This document shows, piece after piece, positions 17,279 to 24,913 of a stretch of 24,913 bases of DNA (within the stretch, counting starts at the first letter, position 1; each line of letters starts with the position of its first letter). Source of the stretch: Promethearchaeota archaeon (lineage in GTDB: Archaea > Asgardarchaeota > Lokiarchaeia > Sigyniarchaeales > SOKP01); assembly GCA_048938895.1 (NCBI GenBank), contig JBHLLU010000056.1, forward strand, positions 1 through 24,913, given 5' to 3'. The notes beneath the pieces were generated by a model. It had not been told where the DNA came from and made no database searches. It was given only the letters and a program-made list of their open reading frames with translations. The translations under genes were made by a program, and so were the position numbers.

Positions 17279-18754
17279 TTAGTAACTCTTAGCAATGTAA
17301 ACTGTGCATCTTGCGGGTTCTCCACAAATTAAACAAGTAGCGAATTCATGTTTCTCTTCATCTACTTTTTTCCCACGAACTTCTCCACCAATTTCTTTTT
17401 CAACTACTTCAGCACATCGATAACCATCCATATCGATTGAACAGAAACCGCAGCACACTATTTTGCCATTATTAATTGCTTCGATTGCTGCATCTTTTTC
17501 ATATACACACTCAACCTGAGATTCAAAATCAGTTAGTGATTTCTCCTTAATTTCACTTGTATAATTGTTTGCAATTCTGTCAATAACAGAAGTCAAATCA
17601 GAATCGTTAATTTTCAATTTTTCACCATTGTGACGTTTTACTATAACTAATTGTTTCTTTTCTATTTCTTTTGGTCCTACTTCGATTCGAATAGGTACTC
17701 CCTTTAATTCCCAATAATAGAACTTATTACCAACAGATTCATCAGAATCATCCAATTTGACAATATATTTCTCCTTAAGAAGATTTTCTATTTCTCTCGT
17801 CTTCTTTAAAATAATATCTTCTTTACCTTTAAAGAATATGGGTATTATAACTATTTGAACTGGAGCTAGATCAAAGGGGAGCACTAAGCCTTTATCATCC
17901 CCGAGATATGCAATCATAGCACCATAATTCCTACTTTGAGCCGGTCCATAACAGGTTTGATACCCATATTTCTCCTCTCCGTCTGCATCAATATATTTAA
18001 CGTTAAAAGCTTTTGAGAATTTTTGACCTAATAGATGCGTTGAAGGTAATTGTAATACTTTCCCAGATCCCATTAATGCGTCAGCAGCATAAGTGTGAAC
18101 AGCGCCAGCAAATTTGTCCCATTCTGGTCTTTGAAAAAAGATTATAGGGACGCAACATTCATCCCGAAGAATCTGGTATGTACTCTCCATATCTTCTTTA
18201 ACTTGTTCTATAGCCTCTTCCATTGTAGCAAAAACATTATGAGATTCAATCCAATGAAATTCCCTTGCTCTAAAAAATGGTCTTGTCATCTTCCCTTCGT
18301 ATCTCCAAACCTGACATGAAAGATATCTTTTAAAAGGTAGATCTTTGTAACTTCTTATCCATAAAGCGTACATCTGATATAATGCAGTCTCACTAGTTGG
18401 TCTCAGCGCTAAGCGTTCTGGTAATTTACCTGAACTCCCTGCTTCTGTTACCCAAAATACTTCCGGGGCAAAGCCTTTAACATGTTCTGCTTCTATTAAG
18501 AAATTTGATTCAGGAATTAGAGAGGGCATAGTTAAAGGGAGGTGCCCTTTTTTATCTAGTAGTTCTTCTGTTTTATGATACATCTTCCTAATTGTAAGCG
18601 TAGCCCATTCTCTGTAAACTACAAAACCCTTAATGTTATATCTAATGTCACTAAGTTCTGCTTTATTGATCAATTCAGTAAACCATCCAGAAAAGTCTTC
18701 CTCTTTTGGAACTGTTATTCCCGTTAATGGGACTTCCTTCTTCTTTTTTGCCAT
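17279..18754 (-). CDS. proS: Proline--tRNA ligase, archaeal/eukaryotic type
   Basis: FSGWF, EAEHVKGFAPEVFWVT, LALRPTSET, RYEGKMTRPFFRAREFHWIESH, KFAGA, LAPVQIVIIP, YWELKGVPIRIEVG and C-terminal Zn domain ending AKSY. Confidence 0.97.
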   Translation of the reverse strand: MAKKKKEVPLTGITVPKEEDFSGWFTELINKAELSDIRYNIKGFVVYREWATLTIRKMYHKTEELLDKKGHLPLTMPSLIPESNFLIEAEHVKGFAPEVFWVTEAGSSGKLPERLALRPTSETALYQMYALWIRSYKDLPFKRYLSCQVWRYEGKMTRPFFRAREFHWIESHNVFATMEEAIEQVKEDMESTYQILRDECCVPIIFFQRPEWDKFAGAVHTYAADALMGSGKVLQLPSTHLLGQKFSKAFNVKYIDADGEEKYGYQTCYGPAQSRNYGAMIAYLGDDKGLVLPFDLAPVQIVIIPIFFKGKEDIILKKTREIENLLKEKYIVKLDDSDESVGNKFYYWELKGVPIRIEVGPKEIEKKQLVIVKRHNGEKLKINDSDLTSVIDRIANNYTSEIKEKSLTDFESQVECVYEKDAAIEAINNGKIVCCGFCSIDMDGYRCAEVVEKEIGGEVRGKKVDEEKHEFATCLICGEPARCTVYIAKSY

Positions 18755-18822
18755 AGGAATCTATTTAAAAAAAGACTTTAAAAGATAAATATTTTATGAG
18801 TAAGCTTCTAAAAATCCCTGTT

Positions 18823-19809
18823 TTATACTACTTCTTTTGTTCTAAAATCATCTAAAATTTGCTCTAAATCATGATATAATTGGGGATAAAGTTTTGAAAA
18901 TAAGCGATACCAATCAAGCCCAATCATCCCTCCAGCAATAAAACATAGAATAACACCTATTAAAACAATTACTTCATGGTGTAAATTGAAAATTTCATTT
19001 GGTAAAAAGTCAGTCCCGTGAATGAACATGTTTAGTGCAATGGAATTTAATAAGATTCCAAAGGGATAATATAAACCTCTGGGAAATTTAAAAAATTGCA
19101 AAGAATCTTGAGAGATTTGATTGAATATAGGTGAAATTCTTGTTATTACTTGATCTTGTCTCTTTTCGATGAATTTCAATCTAACTACATCTCTCCTATC
19201 TCTTATAACTAGAAAGCTTCCACTAAATAGAAACAAAAATAACAATATCATTTCTACGGCAAGAAAGATCCTCAACTGTTTCCTTAAAATTTCATATTGG
19301 ATCATTATAAGTCGAATAAACCACAAAATAAGTGCGATTATAACAAAAATAATTCCTACAAATCCTTCATGCACATGATAATTCCTAATAATTTTACGCT
19401 TTCTTTTAGGATTAGAGTTATTCCTGATATATTTAATAATATATAAATTCAACCCTGGAGATAATATAGCCATACTTAATACAGCAGCAGAATGTCTTAT
19501 CATGCTCCAATTCCATACCCCGAGATCAATTTTAAATATTTCAAGTAAATAAATACCAATCCATACAAATGTTCCAAATGGTACTAAAATGTTAAAAATG
19601 GTTATATAATGGTTAAAATCGATGAGAAACAGTAGAGTAAAGAAGAAAAAAATAAAAAATGTAATTGTAATCATCCAATTTGCATTTACAGTAAATGAAT
19701 ACCATACATGGTGTTGATTATAATAAAAAAAGTTATATAAAACAAAATAACTTAGAATTAGGAGAAATAGAAGAATTACTGCTTTTAAAACAGACTTTAG
19801 TTCTTTCAT
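18823..19809 (-). CDS. Polytopic membrane protein of unknown function
   Basis: About 8 hydrophobic segments and a YHVHEG motif before one TM. ATG at 19809, with an alternative TTG at 19812. Confidence 0.7.
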   Translation of the reverse strand: MKELKSVLKAVILLFLLILSYFVLYNFFYYNQHHVWYSFTVNANWMITITFFIFFFFTLLFLIDFNHYITIFNILVPFGTFVWIGIYLLEIFKIDLGVWNWSMIRHSAAVLSMAILSPGLNLYIIKYIRNNSNPKRKRKIIRNYHVHEGFVGIIFVIIALILWFIRLIMIQYEILRKQLRIFLAVEMILLFLFLFSGSFLVIRDRRDVVRLKFIEKRQDQVITRISPIFNQISQDSLQFFKFPRGLYYPFGILLNSIALNMFIHGTDFLPNEIFNLHHEVIVLIGVILCFIAGGMIGLDWYRLFSKLYPQLYHDLEQILDDFRTKEVV

Positions 19810-19911
19810 CAAAATCTTAAATATAATTAGTTAAACTAATTTAAGAATGTTGATAACTATGATTGTAACATCAGTTAAGAAAAAAAGAATAAAAGATTCA
19901 GTTTAATTAAT

Positions 19912-20652
19912 TTAATCGGGAAGTAGTTTTGCATTGGTAATGACAACATCATTCTTAATTATCGACTTATACTTTTTTGAATCTAAAAATTTCTTGATTT
20001 CTTGACCTACCTTCGCTAAAATCCTATAATCTTGATCTTCACTAATATCGAAAATTATCATTGAATTTGCAGATTCTAAATCTTCCTTTGATAGTGAATC
20101 TGCTACATCAATTACCACTGAACTAGCACCGGCAACTGTACCAATTTTTTTAATCTCTTCTTCAAGAGAACCAAATGTAAAATAATTTCTACTTTTTCGC
20201 TCTATCTTTTCTATTAAAACACGTTCTAAATTCTGTCGAGAATTCTGGTCATAGAAGGCAGTTAATTCTTGAGCACATATCATTCGATACTTCCCAGAAA
20301 TCAAGTCGTTTTTATCACCAATGAAATCTATTAGATTATCATAATATTCTTGGTCGATATTCTGGAAGTTTTCAACATTTCTCACTAAATCTGTTAATTT
20401 AAAAATCAAATCATAATAAAATTTCAAGGTAGATTTAATATCTAATTTATCATTCATTTCTTTTATTTCAGGGTAGTATTTTTTAAGTATTAGGTTTATG
20501 TTATGGTTGAAATCAGCACATAACTTAGCGATTTCATTAATATCTTTTACCGATTTTTTCTTTAGTTGAATAAGGAGAGAAATATCCAAGGAAGATAACT
20601 GATCAAATACTTCCTTTATCTTTGTAGTATATTTTTTTTCTATATAGCTCAT
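19912..20652 (-). CDS. Hypothetical soluble, largely helical protein
   Basis: Long ORF with typical codon style. ATG 20652 (MSYIEKK) is preceded by AAGGGT. Confidence 0.7.
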   Translation of the reverse strand: MSYIEKKYTTKIKEVFDQLSSLDISLLIQLKKKSVKDINEIAKLCADFNHNINLILKKYYPEIKEMNDKLDIKSTLKFYYDLIFKLTDLVRNVENFQNIDQEYYDNLIDFIGDKNDLISGKYRMICAQELTAFYDQNSRQNLERVLIEKIERKSRNYFTFGSLEEEIKKIGTVAGASSVVIDVADSLSKEDLESANSMIIFDISEDQDYRILAKVGQEIKKFLDSKKYKSIIKNDVVITNAKLLPD

Positions 20653-20773
20653 ACCCTTATAAAATAGATAAAAATTCACCTATATAACATTATTTATTCA
20701 ATTAACGCTATGAAAAAGAGGAATATAAAGGTGAAATGAAACAGAAATCTTTACAGAGATTTTATTTTAAGGA

Positions 20774-21967
20774 TTAAAGGAAGAATATTTTCGTCGCGGT
20801 CATAACTGCTCCACTAATAATTGGGACTGTAAAATTATCATTTATTCCAATGGGTAATAATTCAATTAATGGGGCTGCAATCCCACCGGAAATTAAGATA
20901 ATTAAAGCAATATCAATAGAAGAATAAAGAATGAATCCGAAGATAATAACTGATCCAATATAGGCAAGAGTTCCCTCAAGTGTCTTTTCGAATATCTTAT
21001 GGCGACCATATGCTAATCCAAATATTTTACCAAACATATCACCAAAAACTAAAAAAACTAAGGCAGTAATAGCAATTTCAATTTCAAAGAAAAGCACTAT
21101 AATAAAGGTAGATAATAAAAAAATTGTCATGGAAGAGAACTTTTTTTCTTCACCTTTTCTAAAAATTGCTTTTGTTTTTTCTGTTAGCAAAACATTTGTT
21201 TGCTTGTGAAGAAATCGAAAAATATCAAGAGCTATAAAACATAAACTTACAATTCCTATAACCATAAGCCCAAGTTGAACATCTATAAAATAAAATATGA
21301 GAAATAGCATTGATAGAGGTCTTATTGCTACCCTCCACCAATTGGCTAAGAATTCCTCATCAATAATTACCAATTTCTTCTCAGTAATCACTTTATACAA
21401 CCCAATACTACCAATGTGCACAAGAACTATTACAAAAAAAATGTTAAAACTACTTGTAGGATAGAGTATAAATACAGAATATCCAAGCAATGGAAATAGT
21501 ACCATTGGGAGCAAGCTACCTGCTTTTGATATATAAGTAAAAATTATAACAAGGATTAATAAAAAGATTAAAACGTAAAAAATTCCAAAACTAATAGTTA
21601 AATAATTAACAAGATAATAAAGAAGTAATCCCGTCGCAGTGGCATTACCTTGACCACCCCGGAAATTTAAATAAAAAGGAAATACATGCCCGATAATTAC
21701 AACTAAACCACTAATCTGAATGAAAATAAAATCTGCACCTAATGAATATGCTATTAACATTGCTAATAATCCCTTTAACATATCGTATAAAGCAGTTGGA
21801 ATAGCATAGGATAGACCTAAAACTTTATACACATTTGAAGTTCCAGCGTTCTTGGTACCTTCTTCTCTAATATCAATCCCTTTTATTTTGCCGAAGATAT
21901 ATGCAGGTAATATAGCACCAAGTACATATCCTATTATTATACTCAATGCTCCTATAAAAATATTCAT
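20774..21967 (-). CDS. Fusion of PlsY-like glycerol-3-phosphate acyltransferase and CTP-dependent lipid kinase (phytol/diacylglycerol/dolichol kinase-like), copy 1
   Basis: PlsY motifs DIREEGTKNAGTSN, DMLKG and GHVFPFYLNFRGGQG. Kinase motifs WWR, FRKGEEKKFSS, FGDMFGKIFG..YGRHK..KTLEG and NDNFTVP. ATG 21967 follows a GGTG RBS. Confidence 0.82.
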   Translation of the reverse strand: MNIFIGALSIIIGYVLGAILPAYIFGKIKGIDIREEGTKNAGTSNVYKVLGLSYAIPTALYDMLKGLLAMLIAYSLGADFIFIQISGLVVIIGHVFPFYLNFRGGQGNATATGLLLYYLVNYLTISFGIFYVLIFLLILVIIFTYISKAGSLLPMVLFPLLGYSVFILYPTSSFNIFFVIVLVHIGSIGLYKVITEKKLVIIDEEFLANWWRVAIRPLSMLFLIFYFIDVQLGLMVIGIVSLCFIALDIFRFLHKQTNVLLTEKTKAIFRKGEEKKFSSMTIFLLSTFIIVLFFEIEIAITALVFLVFGDMFGKIFGLAYGRHKIFEKTLEGTLAYIGSVIIFGFILYSSIDIALIILISGGIAAPLIELLPIGINDNFTVPIISGAVMTATKIFFL

Positions 21968-22151
21968 GATACACCACTTACGCAAATATTAATCTATACT
22001 TGGATTGAAATAATATAAACATATATGGTAGAATACTATATAATATAAAAAAAGAAGAAATTCACTTAATCAATATTATATACTTTTTAACTCCTTTTTT
22101 TTAGCCTATATTCAATTATAATTAGAGGTTACTAATTAAAAACTTCTAATT

Positions 22152-23360
22152 TTAAAGACCAAATGCTATTAAAGCGGTCATAGTTGAGCCGCTTATTATC
22201 GGGACGGTAAAATTATCATTGATTCCTAACGGAAGTGTTTCAGAAAGAGTTGCTGCAACACCTCCTACTATCAGAATAAACAAATTGATATCCAACATAG
22301 TATAAAGAACATATATACTAATAACTACAATACCTATATACGCAAGCGTTCCTTCAAGAGATTTATCAAAATATTTATGTCGTCCAAATGCTAATCCAAA
22401 TATTTTACTAAACATATCACCAAATGTAAGAAAAACCAATGCAGTAATAGCAATTTCAATCTGAAATAGTAATAGTATTATAAATGTAGAAATTAAGAAG
22501 ATAGTCATTGAGGAGAATTTCTTTTGCTCATCTTTTCTAAAAATCACCTTTATTTTTTCCGTTAACAGCGCATTCGTTTGTTTATGAAGAACTCTAAAAA
22601 CATCTAGAGAAATAAAGCATAAACTAACTATTCCTATTAGAATAAGAGCTACTGTTCTAGAATAGACAAAATAAAATAATAAAAACAGAAGAGCAACCGG
22701 TCTTATCGCAACTCTCCACCAGTTAGATTTAAATCGTTCGTCTTCAATCTTAAACAATTTTAATAAAATGATAATATATATTCCAAAACCGAACAGGAAA
22801 GTAAGGATAATCCAGGAATAAATGTTATAAGGGTTATCAGGATAAAGTAGGTAAATTGTATATCCATATACGGGTAATGGGAAAACCATTGGCATGGATT
22901 TTTTAACTCTGGAAGCCATATAAAATATCCCATAAATACAGCCCAAAAATATTATTATGTAGAAAAATTCAAAACCAAACCAATATTGAGTGAACATATA
23001 AAACAACATTAGTCCACTAGCAGTCGCAATCCCCTGTCCCCCGCGAAAATTCATATAAAAAGGTAAAATATGCCCAACAATCGCTGCCACTCCACTAAGG
23101 TGAGCAAATGCAATATTGGCACCCATGGCAAGGGCAATAAATATGGCGATTATGCCCTTTAATGCATCATAAAACGCAGCGATAAGCCCGTAATGAAAGC
23201 CTAAAACAAGTGTAAGATTTGAAGTTCCAGCATTTCCTGTTCCCTCTTCCCGTATATCGATCCCTTTCAATCTCCCTAAAAAATAACTAGGATTAACTGT
23301 ACCTAAAAGGTATCCGATTAGAATTCCCAAAATTCCAATTAATACATGAAATAAGTCCAT
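22152..23360 (-). CDS. Fusion of PlsY-like acyltransferase and CTP-dependent lipid kinase, copy 2 (tandem paralogue)
   Basis: DIREEGTGNAGTSN, DALKG and GHILPFYMNFRGGQGIATA, then FGDMFSKIFG..FGRHK..KSLEG and NDNFTVP. Confidence 0.82.
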   Translation of the reverse strand: MDLFHVLIGILGILIGYLLGTVNPSYFLGRLKGIDIREEGTGNAGTSNLTLVLGFHYGLIAAFYDALKGIIAIFIALAMGANIAFAHLSGVAAIVGHILPFYMNFRGGQGIATASGLMLFYMFTQYWFGFEFFYIIIFLGCIYGIFYMASRVKKSMPMVFPLPVYGYTIYLLYPDNPYNIYSWIILTFLFGFGIYIIILLKLFKIEDERFKSNWWRVAIRPVALLFLLFYFVYSRTVALILIGIVSLCFISLDVFRVLHKQTNALLTEKIKVIFRKDEQKKFSSMTIFLISTFIILLLFQIEIAITALVFLTFGDMFSKIFGLAFGRHKYFDKSLEGTLAYIGIVVISIYVLYTMLDINLFILIVGGVAATLSETLPLGINDNFTVPIISGSTMTALIAFGL

Positions 23361-23471
23361 AGATTCACACTTAAGTTATTAATAATCTATCATTACTTTA
23401 AAATAATAAAAAGGTTAAGGTCTTCAAAATATTAAAATAAAAAAAATTAATCATCAAATTATCGAGATAGT

Positions 23472-24644
23472 ATGAACCCAAAAGAACGTGTTAAAGCAGC
23501 AATTCGCTTCATTAATCCAGATAAAGTTCCTGTTTTTAATCTAGTAGCAGGAGATGTTTTTCCCTTACCTATAACATACTCTAAGAATTGGAAACCTGGG
23601 TGGAATGAAGGAGAAGAAGAATTATTTCCTCACATTAGAGGTGTTTTCGAATGGAACAGACCTAATTGGGCTAATAAAAATCCAGATTATGATGGAAATA
23701 AGTGGAGAAAAATACCACACGAAGAAATAGATGAATGGGGTTGTATATGGAATATGAAAGGAAATGATCAAAATATGGGTCATCCTGGGAGAGCTTCATT
23801 GCTTAATTGGAAAAATTACGATAGGTATATAGAAAAATATAATCCAAATGCTAATGATAGGACCAGATTTGAATTCGCTCTTAAATTAAAAAGTACTCTT
23901 AATGAGGATCTTTACTTAATGTTAATATTACCAACACTTGGACCATCTCAGGTCGTAGCTGCTATGAGAGGTTTTAATACATATTTAATGGATCATAAAA
24001 TTCATCCACAAGAACTTAAACAAGCACTAGAACTAGTCGCAGATTATCATGTTAAATTAATGAAAGCTTCTTTTAGATTTGGATTAAATCCCGATGGAAT
24101 TTGGTTAGTAGATGACTTAGGAGAACAAAAAGGACCATTTTTTGGTCCAAAATTATTTAAAAAACTTTATGAGTCTTCTTATAAATATATTATTAATGAA
24201 GCCCATGCTCTTGGAATAGAAGTACATCATCATTGTTGTGGAAAAATTGATCCACTATTACCTGTTTTAATAGAATGGGGCCTTGATTCCATTGAGCTTG
24301 ATAGTCCAAGAATGAGTGGATATCCAGACTTAAAACCTTATCGTGGCAGAATAATGTTTTGGTCCTGTGTTAATATTCAGTCTATATATACTCAAGGCAA
24401 ACCAGAAGAAGTAGAACGAGAGGTATGGCATATGATAAGGAATCTTGGTACTAAAAATGGTGGTTTTGGAGCGTATTTTTATCCCACTCCTAAGGATCTA
24501 AATACCCCACGAGAGAATATTAAAGCTTTTGAGAGAGGTCTTAAAAAATATGGAGTTTATTCAAAAATCCCTCCCCATTGGTGGGATTACCCAATAAACA
24601 AAGTATGGAATAATTTTGATGTCCCATCTCTTCCACCGTTATAA
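23472..24644 (+). CDS. Uroporphyrinogen decarboxylase / MtaA-CmuA methyltransferase superfamily protein
   Basis: Motifs MNPKERV...PDKVP, DEWG, MRG, DDLG, HHHCCG (Zn-type HxCG) and GKPEEVEREV. Confidence 0.82.
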   Translation: MNPKERVKAAIRFINPDKVPVFNLVAGDVFPLPITYSKNWKPGWNEGEEELFPHIRGVFEWNRPNWANKNPDYDGNKWRKIPHEEIDEWGCIWNMKGNDQNMGHPGRASLLNWKNYDRYIEKYNPNANDRTRFEFALKLKSTLNEDLYLMLILPTLGPSQVVAAMRGFNTYLMDHKIHPQELKQALELVADYHVKLMKASFRFGLNPDGIWLVDDLGEQKGPFFGPKLFKKLYESSYKYIINEAHALGIEVHHHCCGKIDPLLPVLIEWGLDSIELDSPRMSGYPDLKPYRGRIMFWSCVNIQSIYTQGKPEEVEREVWHMIRNLGTKNGGFGAYFYPTPKDLNTPRENIKAFERGLKKYGVYSKIPPHWWDYPINKVWNNFDVPSLPPL

Positions 24645-24865
24645 TGTATAAAAAGTTTAAAATCTTTAATAATAATTGCATTCAAAAATTTCTCTGATTA
24701 ATTACCTTGAACCATTCCTTTGACTTTTTTTACAGAATGTTCTATTTAAAGAGAAAAAAAGATAAGAAAATTATTTTTCTTATTAGCATATAAGTAAAAT
24801 TGTTTACAAGATATAAACTCTTAAAAATTTAAAATAAAAAGAAATAAATAAAAAAAATTTGTATT

Positions 24866-24913
24866 CTAATTACTCAGTTCTGGTAAATCTTTCGTAAAGA
24901 TTCTCCGAATTAC
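24866..24913 (-). CDS. Possible 3' end of a minus-strand CDS entering from beyond the window
   Basis: Frame VIRRIFTKDLPELSN* ends at TAG 24866 and is followed by a minus-strand U-rich tract. A second frame is also open, so the frame is uncertain. Confidence 0.3.
   Translation of the reverse strand, partial: VIRRIFTKDLPELSN

Noticed and set aside
14479-19378. ORFs 14479-14661, 14971-15291, 18095-18319 and 19169-19378
   Set aside because: All lie fully inside well-supported genes in other frames or on the opposite strand.
1-24913. CRISPR arrays, tRNA/rRNA genes, IS elements or proviral genes
   Set aside because: No regularly spaced repeats, GC-rich structured RNA islands, transposase/integrase motifs or terminal repeats were seen.

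Overview
Very AT-rich, gene-dense archaeal window. An archaeal/eukaryote-type ProRS, pyruvoyl arginine decarboxylase, deoxyhypusine synthase, a TrmB-like protein and GGTGA/AGGAG ribosome-binding sites point to archaea. The PlsY homologues and overall gene style suggest Asgard/Lokiarchaeia, which is an inference. About 22 complete CDSs are present: an F420-dependent nitroreductase-family protein, a U32 protein, a TrmB-like giant coiled-coil protein, a leuA(cimA)-leuC-leuD cluster, a surface-protein/membrane-wHTH regulator pair, a nitroreductase, a metallophosphoesterase, pdaD/dys, an ACC-deaminase-family PLP enzyme, an MBL hydrolase, proS, two tandem PlsY-kinase fusions and a URO-D/MtaA protein. 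No rRNA, tRNA, CRISPR array or mobile element was seen. Most notable: (1) a leader upstream of leuA with five tandem UUA Leu codons, a stop, a U7 tract and a ~63-nt hairpin, a candidate archaeal leucine attenuator; (2) leuC apparently starting at AUU; (3) tandem PlsY/CTP-dependent lipid kinase fusions with altered catalytic motifs; (4) a paralogous two-gene transmembrane signalling pair, one with an HFS motif; (5) a TrmB split by a ~520-aa coiled coil with a basic-aromatic motif at its midpoint. All calls come from reading motifs by eye; no searches were run.
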